Position numbers and translations under genes: made by a program. A stretch of 53,722 bases of DNA, the filler included, from Circinaria calcarea (taxonomy: Eukaryota): the NCBI GenBank assembly GCA_051942165.1. It is 4 parts of 4 records of this genome, joined end to end, with 100 filler letters (N's around TTAATTAATTAA, not from the genome) between each part and the next. Parts side by side here need not be neighbours in the genome. Positions count along the whole stretch, not along the records: positions 13,491 to 26,854 come from JAVECS010000509.1; positions 26,955 to 40,289 come from JAVECS010000510.1; 2 more parts are not named here. One strand, given 5' to 3'. The notes under the pieces were generated by a model. That model worked only from the letters and a program-made list of their open reading frames with translations, ran no database searches and was not told the origin of the DNA. This document shows positions 24,480 to 36,933 of the stretch, in pieces; positions within the stretch are counted from its first letter, which is position 1; every line of letters starts with the position of its first letter.

Positions 24480-26854
24480 ATGCCGTCATCCAATGCGCTG
24501 TCGAGGTATTCTAGTCCTACGAAGGTAAAGAATTTAAAGATCCAAGGGTTCCGCGTCTCGAGTCCTCTAACCGCTTCAAAGGTTGTCGAGTCGGTTGTCA
24601 ATCTCGGAACTTCGGTGCAAACTTTGAGCTACGACTACGAAAACACGCACTATCTTGATTTCCAAATATCACCAAATAATTCTGCTTCTCAGATTGATTC
24701 CTCTCAAGAGTTCGCAAATACCTCTATAAGTTCCTCTGCAAACGCCTCTACAAGTCCCTCTGCAGATCCCCCAGCAGATATCCCCGCACATGTCCCCGGA
24801 AATGTTCTCGCAGATACTCTCGCAGATACTCTCGCAGATACTCTCGCGGATACGTCCGCGGATACTCCACAACCTCAGAGGAACGTGAATCCCGATCTCT
24901 GGGGTTGGATTGAGAATGAAGTTGCAAGGTTGCTCGATGACGCCAATACATTGCTCATATCGGCCAATGCTCGTCACGAACAAGAAATTGTTACAGCTAG
25001 GCAGGAAACCGTGGCAGCTAAAGAAGCTTTGGAGGTTGCTAGAGCGGAAGTATGGAATTGGAAAACAAGATGTGAGCAGGCGCTCATATCGGCAGATACC
25101 TACAGGAAACAGATATTGCGGATGGAAAGGCTTAACAACGGGTCTTGTATCCAGATTGATGGAGAGGAAGTTAGCATCGCTACCAGTACTGAAGATTATT
25201 CTATCAAATCTGAATTTGCACCTGCTGACGGCACTCCTACGGAAATGATAATCTATGGCGGTCCTAAAACACCTCAAAGATCTGCTAAGCCGGAAAACAG
25301 AGATCTAGCACAGACTGACATAACAGAAGTACTCTCAGCCGAGAATATCACTTACTGTCCAACCCCCTTGGACTCGCCCGATCCACCGGATTTCATTGGT
25401 TGCCAGGAAGAAAGAAAGTTCTGGGATACATCCACTGCAGGAAATGACGAAACAACGCCACTGACGCCTCCTATCTTAACCTCAGCTCGCCGCCGCAAAT
25501 ATCATACTACTAATGCATTGTCCCCATTGCTGATGAAGGCTAGCAGGCCTCTTCTAAGATCCTCTTATGAACTGGGGCCAGTGAGTGGCTTGTATGTCAA
25601 GAAAGACTTCCACAAGGCCTCCAGAACTGATCGACCAGGTATTCTGGAAGATAAACTGGCAAATGGCGTAAACAATATCCTAAGCGGAGAAGACAATGAA
25701 GAGGTGCAAAGAGTTGGCATCGAACTAGCGATTAAGGCTAAACAGGAGACCGAAGATGCTATAGATAATAAAAATGGGCTCAAGGTTATACTCCAGCGCG
25801 GATCTGAGAAGGTACGTCAAGAGGCGTCGAAAGCTCGCACTGGTTTTAAGTTGGACCGAAAGGCACCAATACCTCTCACTAAATCAAAGTCTTCGGAAGC
25901 GCTTGTTAATCCCCGCGGACCCAAGCATAGAAGGCTGGAAGAAACTCCCAAGTCATATCACTACATCGAAGGTACTATTACAAACAAGCAGCAACCGAAG
26001 GTAGAAGAGAATACAGCCGAGTACCCATCTGGAGTTGTGGTGATTAAAGGCGAAAATCAAAGTCTCCCGCTGGGCCCTAAAGCAACTGGAGAACGCACTG
26101 TGTTTGGATGCCTTTGGAAATGCAAAGAGGAAACTGAGAGACTAGCTTTGGACAATGAGCCGTGTGATTTTCGAGTAGAATTTATGTTTTCCAGAGTGTC
26201 TACCTTTGAGAGACGCAAAAACTCACATCGCCTGCCAGATGACAGTCTAAGGGTAAACCTACAAGAAAACACCAGATCCTGGGTTAAGGCAGCCAACCTG
26301 AGAGATCCAGAGAAAAAAGCACGAGTTACCACAAAATCCGATAGTTGCTTTAAGGAATATGCAGAGTCTTCATCCACAACCGAGGTTCTTGAGGCTGTCT
26401 TTGGTCCTTCTGTGCAAGAAAGCTTTTCAGGGCGTCTTGGGCTCTGCGTAGGGACAACGCAGAAATCTACAGCATGCAGAAAGGCTATAGCGAAGAACAA
26501 CCACGCAGATGCTCAGGCTGCGTTGCAAAGGGTATCAAAGCTACAATTCTCATTACAGCTCAAAGACTATGAGAATGAGCTTGGTACTATCGCTGACCTA
26601 ATCTTTTGTTACCATCACCGGAAATCAGCACGAATCCAGATTAGGTGTAAATGCGAACAGCTCCTTACACCTTCAAAACCTTCCTCTGGAATGGACACTT
26701 TGCAATCACATCTCCCCAACGAAGGCCAAAGGGATGAAGATTCCACCACAGCCACAGTGCCACCGCCTCAATACACTCAGAAATTCTATAGGTACATTCA
26801 GGTTCTGTCGCCTTATGGAACTAGATTTACTGCGAAATGGAGCATTCAAGACAG
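24480..26854 (+). CDS. Long intronless hypothetical protein (>790 aa), cut by contig end; possibly T5orf172/GIY-YIG family
   Basis: Uninterrupted 2.4-kb ORF with a low-complexity N-terminus, a coiled-coil segment and a C-terminal CVGTTQKSTACRKAI...IADLIFCYHHRKSA Cys/His motif. The family call is inference. Confidence 0.65.
24806..24868 (+). repeat. 12-bp coding tandem repeat (CTCGCAGATACT) encoding LADT units
   Basis: Three perfect and two degenerate copies. Confidence 0.85.
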
Positions 26855-26954
26855 NNNNNNNNNNNNNNNNNNNNNNNNNNNNNNNNNNNNNNNNNNNNTT
26901 AATTAATTAANNNNNNNNNNNNNNNNNNNNNNNNNNNNNNNNNNNNNNNNNNNN
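26855..26954. other. Artificial 100-nt contig spacer
   Basis: N44-TTAATTAATTAA-N44. Confidence 0.98.
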
Positions 26955-29900
26955 CCTCATATCCTTTATTAAAGAGCATTTCCCTGTACTCTGGTCGTTC
27001 AAGACAACTATCTTGAATAACAGGACATTAAGATCTTCGATTCCAATATGTCTGGGTTTCTTGTAAGATTGCAATAGTCCAATCGGTACAGCGGACTGAT
27101 AGCGGATCCTGCCCGCATACGCTTGGTTGCAGCAGAACACGGAGATGTAGCGGCATAATTTTGAATTTGTTGAGGCCGCTGTTTCTACTTTTTAGGGCAT
27201 CGGAAGTAATTCGGGGATATGATAATATCGGTAAGCCAGGTCCCATAGCCAGGAAGAATCAATAGCTGAAGGGTGTATTATTGAATAATTCGTAGTTTCT
27301 GCAAGTATTTCAAAGGCTCGCTGATTAGAGTGCAGCAAGCCAAGAGTCTCCTAATTGAGGTTGGTAGCATTCTCCTTAAGTTTTGAATTAGCTCACAGAA
27401 CTCCAACGCAGTTATAATCAAATACAGCGGCATATCATATATACTATGCCCATGACCTTCTAACCCTATGCGATGCCTATAAAGGCCATTCGCAAAGTAT
27501 ACAGCCCTGTGGGGCACCATGGAGAACACCGGGTTAACCTAACACAAAGGGCTTGAGGACAGGATCGGGAACCTTAGCAGCAAAAGCACGCAGCATAGAA
27601 TAAAAAAGCATCGGTCTGCATAGTAATTTGACGCATATAGCATGATACAAGTACTCGGTCATCTATATACGCTGGGAAGTTGTATAATAATAAAAAGCAT
27701 CTTAGGAACTTCCGGAAAATATGAAAGCTAAGGCCCAAAGAGGACAGACAGCTAGGCCGAAACAAGTAAAACATTAAACCCTTTGAGGCCGCTTTAAAGG
27801 TTTCGCAAGCAGAGCTTTGCTCGGATCAGACCGGGTCGTGCCCAGATTTAAACACTTCCTCTCGTATCTCGTTTCAGTGCATCCCACGCCTACACCCGAC
27901 CTCTTCCAGGCTTCCTATTCCCCCAGCATTCCACTGCCCTAAATATGTCTTCGAAACCGCCCGCGTCCCGACCAGCTAAAGCCCAAGCATAGCTACATCA
28001 CATTGTTGACAAAAATCCTAGATCTTACGTCCTAGCCTCAGACTACACCCATCACCCTTGTCTCCCACCCATTTCCTTATAACCAAAGAGTATTCCGAAC
28101 CCCAAGCTCGTTCCAGGCCCTGCCTTTCCCGGATATGAAAGTTTGTCAATTATGGCCATTTAAAATCATAAAAGGAATAATAATACCTTGTGCTCCACCA
28201 TAAACGCTATGTGAAAGCATACTTTGCTGTAGGTTTAAGTATAGTCGACTTTGGCTAAAGCGGTTTGGATAACTGGGAGACTAGTTATCAAGATTATTCC
28301 CAGGCAATAAGCTATAATGATCCGGAAAAAGATTTATGCCGTCTTGCTAGACCGAGGTCTGAGAAATTTGAAGCGACCAGAGGCTATTTATCGAAGGCTA
28401 GAACTTAGTCCCAGGAAGACGTGCGATCAGTGGATAGGCGGGAAAGGATCATAGGTTCTTCTCACACTTTAAAGGATTCGTACACCTAGAATCTTGCTCA
28501 GCTGATTGCACCAAGAATGAGTGGAAGGATAATGTGCCACGAGCCCCAATGGAAAGTGAAGCCGCTCAGGATGAGGGCGAGGCAAACTTGCATAACACAA
28601 TACATGAAAAAGGCTGTTCTGAAGGAAATACCCTGGGAGACCTGCTTCCCTCAGTGGGCTCTATTAATGCTGAAGGTTATGATATACCACATCAGAGTGA
28701 CTGTTACTACCCCCACAACAACCAAGTGAGATGAAGACCAAGCTCCAACTCGCTTATGCTAAAGCACCTTAATAAAAGGACCGGATCGTAGCTCTATAGA
28801 CCTATTGACCTATATGTCCGAGGTACTTAACTCATTGGCCAGACCGCAGGCGATGATATTAACCAGAGGAGGAATTTTACCGGAGCTCGAGCCTTGGATC
28901 ATATCATCATACGACCACTGATGAGCATTCTAGCGTTGGTATTTCCCTTCCTGTCTAGGATGAAGGGAGAAACCACATCAGCAAGTGTCAGCGTTGGGCG
29001 AGACTGTCTGCGAGCTCTCCGTCTAAAAGCTGTGTGATAATAGAGACAAAAAGAGACGCGTGGGCAACCCCTATAAAATGACTCTCGGTCTCGATCGAGT
29101 TGACGGTAATTGGCAGAGCAGCGGTGATGTCTGTTACTTCTAGAGAGCTGGAAAGGTCCTATGGGACAGAGGGGGAGAAAACACCAGCCACGAGCGCCAG
29201 GTCCTTGAGGGCGAGATTTCAAACGTGTTACTTGTCTCCTCTAGCATGTTCTCGGATGTCGTTCACGGCGGATAGCTAGAGCGACCACAGCTTCGAGGCC
29301 CCTTATACTCAACAAAAAAAGACCCCTCACAGCATGGGCATACGTCTACAAGAAATAAAAAGGGTTCAGGAGGATGAGTATATATGGAGCACCGCCAAAT
29401 AGAAAGGAGCATACTCCTGAAGGCTCGGGGCGCATTGGTAAGAGGAGGTGTAAAAGAAAATTAGTTGGGGCTGCAAACAGCTCAGGGTGGCCAAACGTAT
29501 TCACCATAACGTTCGTGCCATGCCGGAAGCCCTAGAATCAAGCTCCTCCACATGGAGTAGCATATTTGCATGACTAACTGTAGATTATCCAACGGAATAT
29601 GTACGTGTCGGCTCCTTGGAAACGTTTTTTATAAAGAATACTATGTGTCAATTATGCGATCCCATCCCTGAACTCCCCCAGGACTTTGTTTGCGCCAGCA
29701 GCAACGCCGGGAAAATCTTGGACAACGGCCCAAAGCGAAGGCTGTTCAGAGACCAACCCTACGTTTACTGCACCTGCCAATCTGGCTCACATTCGACTAC
29801 ACTAATCGTATAACCTAGTTGAGCTTGTGGTTAAGCAAATAAAAGTAAAAATGGGCCTCCTTCATCTAAAATGTTGCTCTGACCTAGGTCACTTGTCCAC

Positions 29901-32900
29901 AAGATCAAGTATTCGCAATACCGCCGGTTGTGATTATCTAACCATACTGGGTTCAATTCACTTCTCCAACACGGTCTTGAAGTCGCTGTGTGAGTGGCCT
30001 TTCTTCCACAAGGGCTTTGAAAGATAGGTTCAGACACTTTGGCGCAGAATGTGGCAGATATCGGACCGCAAAGACCCGCTTCTTTGAGCCAGTTCGCGAA
30101 CGAGATCTCTCCGTCTAGCTGGAAATTGGAGCTGGTTCGATAGCGAGAAATGGGTTGGGTTCAATTAAGTCGCTGTTCTACAGGGATCGTAATCAATAGT
30201 AAGGGATGATGGGCCGCAAGCATTGCTATCTGCGCCGGATGGCCTTGCACACTCGGAATTGATCCCAGTACCAGACTTAGGAGCTCATCGGTAGCTCCTT
30301 CGTGATTCAACTGCCTCGGAAGGGACTTAGGATTGAAGATTAACTTCGAATAAAGGAGAAAAGCCCTGTGATGTAAAATATAAGAAAAACAGGCGTAACA
30401 TGGTGAGATGTTGTTAGGGACTGTTAAGGGTTTAACGATACGAAGAATGCTTTAATTGTCATGAGCTGCGGTAACGGTAGCTAGTAAGTTGCCCTGAACC
30501 TCCAGAACCCTGATAGAGTTAATTGTTTATGCGCTGTAGGATTTATGTGTTGCTCAGCGGTGTTCCTCACGGCTTCCGCGCCCATATTGCGTACACTTGT
30601 ACCAACCTCCATCCTGCTTGAGCGCCTCCTCGACCTTAGGAGGTTTTTCGTCGGGTTCTGCGAGTATGAAGAATAGAGGAGGGGGGCCTGCAACGGATAG
30701 AAATTGGCACTCGTATTCCAAGGCTTGACGAGTAGCATCTTATGCAGATCTAGTGTTGAAGACCATTGTAAGTGACCGTGGTAGCCAAGGACAACTTAAA
30801 GGGCTAGTTCAAGGTTGAGGTCTCACACCGATGGGAACAGCGAAGGTATGCTCCTTATTATCTGTTAGACCGGAACTTTATACCATACACCCATCGCTGC
30901 ATACATATCTCTAATAAGAGCTCGCGGAGTTTCTGCCTGTTACTCAAAGCGGACGCGGCCAAGTTCATTTCATGCAATACATTCCAGGGCCCGGTCTCGC
31001 AATATGCTGATATGATCCATCACAACCTCCTTGGAAGAGGCTTTACCTACTCCCCTTAGCTTGAGTCCCTGTGGATGATATCGCAACTGTCAAGCCAGTT
31101 GCGAGGTCGTGAGTGTGGGACAACTCTGATCACTGAGAGGATGCGAGAATAGAGTTTGGGAAGAACACCTCCATGACACCGGTCGTAACATATATATAAG
31201 ATGCTTATGTGGATGCCTGCAGGTTCATGAGCCAGCACTTTGTGGACAGGTGTAGCGTTAGCTCCAGATACTGGTCCTTGTATGCCATTTCGACATAGCA
31301 GGCAGCAAGAGACACGGCAATCCACTATCAGCGGTGTTCGAGCCCAAAATGGGCAGCTCGGGCTGTTAGGAAATTAATCGAGGCCAGAAACCACTGGTCG
31401 AATGGGCTTGTCGTTATCTCGTGCAGCCGGTCTGTCCTTTCAAGCTCAAGGCCGCTACTTTTTGGGATGTACTTCTGCTCCCTTGACTCGAGGACAAGAG
31501 AACGACTGTCACGTTCGAGCTGGCCCAGAGATAGTCGAGGTTACAGGTGGAACGAAGTACAGAGGTCCGGGGTAGACGATTGTTAAGGGCAACAACGAAG
31601 ACGACGACGAGGTATTGTGACGCAACATTTCGGGAGCTCATCAGCCAGGAGAGGGACGCGCCGAAGTGATGGTAGTTTCGGCCTCACGAGCCGTAGGACC
31701 AGCTTGTCGCTGACCTTTACGCTATACCTATTTCCCACTAGATCGGCCCGGAAGCGCGCGGGACCACTACTGCAGCCTTGGGTGAGTCATGGCTTCCACG
31801 CTAAAAAATCCAAGCCGAGCCAGCCTAACTGCGTTCGACCACACACTAGAACACACACACCGAGAGTCAGTTTGGTCTGGTTCACCAACCTATAGCCAGC
31901 AGAGAAAAGGCGCACTGTGCACTTTTGGCCCGGAACTAAGCTCGTGAGTAGCGAGCGTCACGGCCAGCAAAGCATCAGGACCAAAACTCGGTTCTGATGT
32001 TTTTCGCCAACTATCGGGAACGCTATCAAGTCGTCCCCTTGGTTGTTTCTTTGGTATTGCGTTGGCTGGAAAAGCGCCCAGACAGCTCGGTGCCGGCTGC
32101 GACAGATCATTGGCCTAGATCTAAAGGGAAATTCAGAATAACTTCTTCAGTTGGAAGATTCGAGACTAGATCTCCCGTAGAATAGTTCTCGTGGTCGCAT
32201 GCGACCCTCAACCGAGGGAACCCTTCATTCCCGACGACTGAGGATCTTGTTGCGCTGGATGAGGGCCTGGATGCAAGCACCATAACCTCATTTAGTAATG
32301 CTTGACCACAGGTTGAGTCCTATGGATACTGTGTCCCAATCACTTGAAGTTCCCTGGTCGCCGCTGTCTTGGGCGCATGGTGTCTGTCTAGACGTCTTCG
32401 GGCTGAAACACACCTTTCGAGGTCGGTATGGATTACATCTTCCATCAGTTGTATAACGCGCACGCGTGACTCCCCATCCAACGATAGCTGGGAGTAATTC
32501 AAAAGACCGGGTCTCCATCCTGCTTTTATCTCTCTGGTACAGTAGCTTATGGTACCGTGCTGGTAGTTATCATCATGGCGGACAATTTGCAATACTTTCT
32601 TAAACTCTACCGTTCGCAGTTCCTCCAGCATGTCTAAAGTCTCTCAGAAGATCTTCCGGATTCAGCGCTCTCGATAAATGGAATGATGTACGACGCATGT
32701 CTTATCAATGGGACGGACAGGAAACGAGTTAATAGGGGTTTAGCAGGAAGCATCAGGTATGACTTTGCGGGTGAGGTCAATACCTCCATCAACGTAGAAG
32801 AAGATCGATCCTAGTCTGCAACGTTCCATTCTTATCTATACTGAATGGTTGCCTCCTCAGCTCTAATCAACACCTGTGATAATTCACTTCTCTTATTAGC

Positions 32901-33533
32901 CGATTGATAGGTAGCTCCCCAGTCAGTCAAGATCTAAAATAGCTAGATCTTTCAACTATACATACCATTACCGTAGTCGGTTTCTCTACTCGTTTACGAA
33001 AGTTCAACCACGCTACAGCGTAGTAGCACAGTGTCTACCAGGGAATAGTAAGGTATCTGAGTGAAACGGAGAGATCGCGTTGTTGATCCCCCCTACCACC
33101 AAAGCCAAACTTGCTCTGTCGAGTCTGGATAGCGCTAATGAGAAAGCCTATGTTGTAACCGCCGAGACCACTGCTGAAGAAGGCCGACCTGCAATACGGT
33201 TCTCAAATGGTACCGGGTAAGTCCAAGCTCGAGAGCCAAACCCTGTGTTGTTATCAGAGATCGTCTATGTTTCTTTTCTGCTGTTATTCACGGTCCCGCT
33301 TCCCCCCGGCAGGCCGTTATTGATCTCGAGGCAAAAGCGACATGCTAAGTTAATATCTCCTCTCCAAGCTGGGATTGATCAAAAGCTCAGTGCATCACCA
33401 AACTGCAAGCTAACAACGAATACCCTTCTTATCAACTTCTGCAAAGAGAGCGCCCGTCTGGACCTTCAGAGATGTTCATTTTAGGCGGTGGTATGATGGC
33501 CTAGTTTCCAATGTATGAAGTTACAGCTGACAC

Positions 33534-34073
33534 GATGAAGACAACAACGAGGATGCTGATCATCACTTCATAGTATTCTCTGCAAATCTCCCCAAGGAGG
33601 CGCGTCAACTCGCCAAGGAGGACCTAGCAAATGACCACGAAAATGTTTCGTGTGCCACAAGACTGCACTCACTCAACCATAACATATGCTAACTTTTAAA
33701 CAGACACGCTTTCAAATCTGGCATAGATTCGATCCTTGTTGCCACTGGTGTTTCTGCTCATGGACTTGATGTCAAGAATTCAGGCATGTCAGCAACTTCG
33801 ACCTCCCGAGTACCTCGCATGGTGGTATCGACGAGTGTATACATTGTAACGGACCTACTGCACGTATTGGCAATGAATGACGGTGTTGCAACGTCTTTTT
33901 ACAACGACCGTAATTCAGACATAGCTGAAGGCTTGGTCAAGGTCCTTCTTGAGTATAACCAGGTAAGACCCGACCCCTTGGAGAAGCATAAGCCCGAAGA
34001 AGAAGCGGCCCTGGAATTTGACGACGACACCGATACCGACAACAAAGGGGAGGGAGACGATACGGTGAGTTGA
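33534..34073 (+). pseudogene. Decayed DEAD-box RNA helicase (Ded1/Vasa-like paralogue) fragment
   Basis: Across frameshifts: NEDADHHFIVFSANLPKEARQLAKEDLANDH (motif III region), ILVATGVSAHGLDVKN (V), NFDLPSTSHGGIDECIHCNGPTARIGN (VI), GVATSFYNDRNSDIAEGLVKVLLE. Confidence 0.8.
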
Positions 34074-34692
34074 GGTTGCAGCTTCTGGTGCTCTTTGGGA
34101 AATGACGAAGACACGGTGAGTGAGCTAAGTAGTGTGGAGGCCGAAGACCCAAGGGATGCTAGCTTTGGCAAGCGTATCACCATTCCATTGAATGTTAGTA
34201 ACGCTGGGCCGTCGACTCATTCGGGAACCAAGCGCTAGGCCACGCCTCCAAAATCTGAAGGTCCATCAAGTACCAAGAAGGAGTCCCGAACTACTTCGAA
34301 CGCTGCTCAGGCCGATGACATATGTGACGATTCTCATTGTTCTGCCGATAAGGATATGCGCTTACCAATTCCTGAGCCATCTGAGCGTAAGAAGCGAAGC
34401 CGAGTGGTGAAACCATGATGCTGCTTGCTAGCATACTTGTTTGACTTCTGCTTGGTCTTTGTATAATCGCGTCAATATGGGACCGTCTTTAGGATAATCG
34501 GACGGTTGTTGTCGAACTTTATGTGTGCGTGGTAAGATCTCGGAGTCCAAATTTGTTAATGTGGATGTCGAAGTGACATAACGGTTTTGTCAAGGTTTGA
34601 ATCACCACCCTATGTTGTGTCTTGATTTCTACACTCTGCCTGTAATCGTTTTCTCTCCATAACCTGGCAGTCCTGAATGATACGCTGAGCAT

Positions 34693-35525
34693 TCACTGGA
34701 CATTGCCATACTTTTCCTTAATCATTCTTAGGTGTTGGGGTGTGGGAATTTCAGCATACACACGCTTAGCCGGCCAAGGGGTTCTTGGCCTTATGGGTGT
34801 CAAAACTTTCCCTTTCCCCCTTGGTGCAGTTGCACCATTACACCCTCGGGAGGCGGTTACCGTCTTTCGCCCTGTAGTTCCAACTTCTTCCTCCGCATTT
34901 TCTCCTGAACTCTGTGTGCATTCAAGACATGGCTTGGTGGGGCCTGCGTCACCGAAAAAGCGGTGGCTTAGGTAGAAAAATACTAATACGAAGAAATGGC
35001 AAAGAGTGTTAGTGCCAGTACCAGTGCCAGTACCAGTGCCAGTACCAGTGCCAGTGCCAGTGCCAGTGCCAGTGCCAGTACTTAAGTGCCTCATTATAGC
35101 GCTTCCAGTTGTTATGAAGCATAAAACCGCCGAGTTGAATGATATGGTCCTCAAATCCGTCACCGAGGTTTGTGGAAGCTGTTTGCCTTGCCTTCTGCCG
35201 ATGAAAGGCTTCGGTTTGAAGACGGTTATGGAAAGCAGCGGTTGATACTCTTCCATTCTACACCTAAGCTTCAATCCCATGATTTCCGCCGTTCTAGGAT
35301 TTTGCTGAAGTCTGATAGGATCTAATTGCTTCGCTGTCGCCCCGTACCTTCTCAGCTCCACTAGACTCGCCCTCACCGCCTTCAATCTAGCAGTCTACGC
35401 CAGACGGACGAAATCCGTCTGGCTTTTTAATTAGTGCCACAAGTATACGGTTTAACTCTATATCCTCGACAACATCGGTATCGAGTTCCCCAATTGTGTC
35501 GAGTTCCCGCCGAACATGCCGAGGC
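34693..35525 (-). pseudogene. Unknown spliced gene or pseudogene with in-frame TAG stops
   Basis: One frame reads RPRHVRRELDT...GVDC*IEGG...KS*...EA*V*NGRVSTAAFHNRLQ...NNWKRYNEAL and splices over 35081-34967 (GTACTG..ACTAAC..TAAG) in frame into HRFFGDAG...KYGNVQ*. Confidence 0.4.
35011..35081 (+). repeat. Hexamer microsatellite (AGTGCC/AGTACC)n, about 12 copies
   Basis: Seen directly; it lies inside the predicted intron 34967-35081. Confidence 0.92.
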
Positions 35526-36933
35526 CTCTGGAAGTTCAATATATAACGCTCATCCTTTCTATTAGTACCCCCTTATTCACTCAGCCCTGTCTGGTAATAA
35601 CGAATACTCGCTCATAACGATGGGTTCGAATCCCAATAGCGCTACTCTTTTGGCAATCTGGTGGTTTCCCCTTCCTGTTTTTTTTTGGCGCAGGCCTCGC
35701 CGGGATTAGGCACTGCACATGATCGTCGTCAAAGCATCCTAGGACCGCACGGTCCGGGCAGATCGGCAGAGCCACGGCGATCAGCTTCAGACGGGGGTCT
35801 CAGCGCAAGGTGAGTGGTTCTTGGGGAGGTTTGCGTAGGCTGCCTCGTTGTGGGACGTGCGTCCCTTGCCACAGGATTACTTAGATGTGCCCTTCGGCGC
35901 CAGAGAAGGCCGGTCCGCCACGACGGTGATCCGGATCGAAAGTCACGACGACGACGTGGTAGACGAATAGATGCCGGGCTCGGAGGTTCATTTCTTTGCG
36001 GCTGGTTCCTCCTGCATGTAGTGGTATACTGCTCCTTACATGCAATGGTACACTACGTTTTACATAGAATAACCTTGTATAGAATGACATATTGCTTCCT
36101 GGAACCCACGGTAAACCTTCTCCTAGATACATCCCTCCCGTATAGCCATGGTCGATCCCTCTGGCCGGCAGTATCTCGATATTTGCCGCCAAAAGGGAGA
36201 GAGCATGCTTGCCCGCGGAACGTTGAGAACCAACCCTCGTGTCCAAGCAACATACAATGGAGAGTTGGACCCGTCCGTTGACAATCATTTTAGAAATCTT
36301 CCATCATGCTCTACAGACAGCTTGAATCTCGTAGTCAGTACTCTAGGATGTGCGCTTGAAGGCGTATACGCTTTGAGGGGATATACGCTTCCAGGGTATG
36401 GGCCCTCCCAGAATTTAAGCCCTCGAAGGCCTCCAGCGTGTGGGCACCCGAAGCGTATACGCCTTTACAAGAGCTGGGAGGGGAGCTAGAACTTGATAGT
36501 CCAAGATTCCCTAACAGGACCAAAGGCCTACATGAAGCAAAACAGAGAGCTTGAGATTATATTCGCCGGTATTTGAAATAGCACCATTGGCCTGTGAACT
36601 GAAACAGACGGAAATGCTCAAAGTTTAAATAAATTAAGGTATATTGTCTCTGATAAAGCAGTCGAGGGTATAAGCAATCTATATCTCATTGGGAATATTT
36701 GAGGAGAGAAAAATCTGTAGCAAGTTGCCAAGGGTATGGCAAGGATCCCAATAATAGAAAGTGTTGGAAGTCATAGGGCTTACCGAGGCATGTGTTGCAT
36801 AGGAGGTCCATGCTCAACACTTCCACACACACCATAGAAGCACTTTTTCGTTGCGTAGATAGCTTAGACAGTTTCACACACTGGTACATAGCAAATGCCA
36901 CCACACATATTGCATGTTCATCAGAAAGTTACT

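Noticed and set aside
35006..35245. ORFs with poly-VP or poly-GT tracts
   Set aside because: They are translations of an intronic hexamer microsatellite.
35399..35428. Bacterial rho-independent terminator implying a bacterial insert
   Set aside because: The flanks carry spliceosomal introns and no bacterial-type genes; the hairpin is kept only as a low-interest finding.
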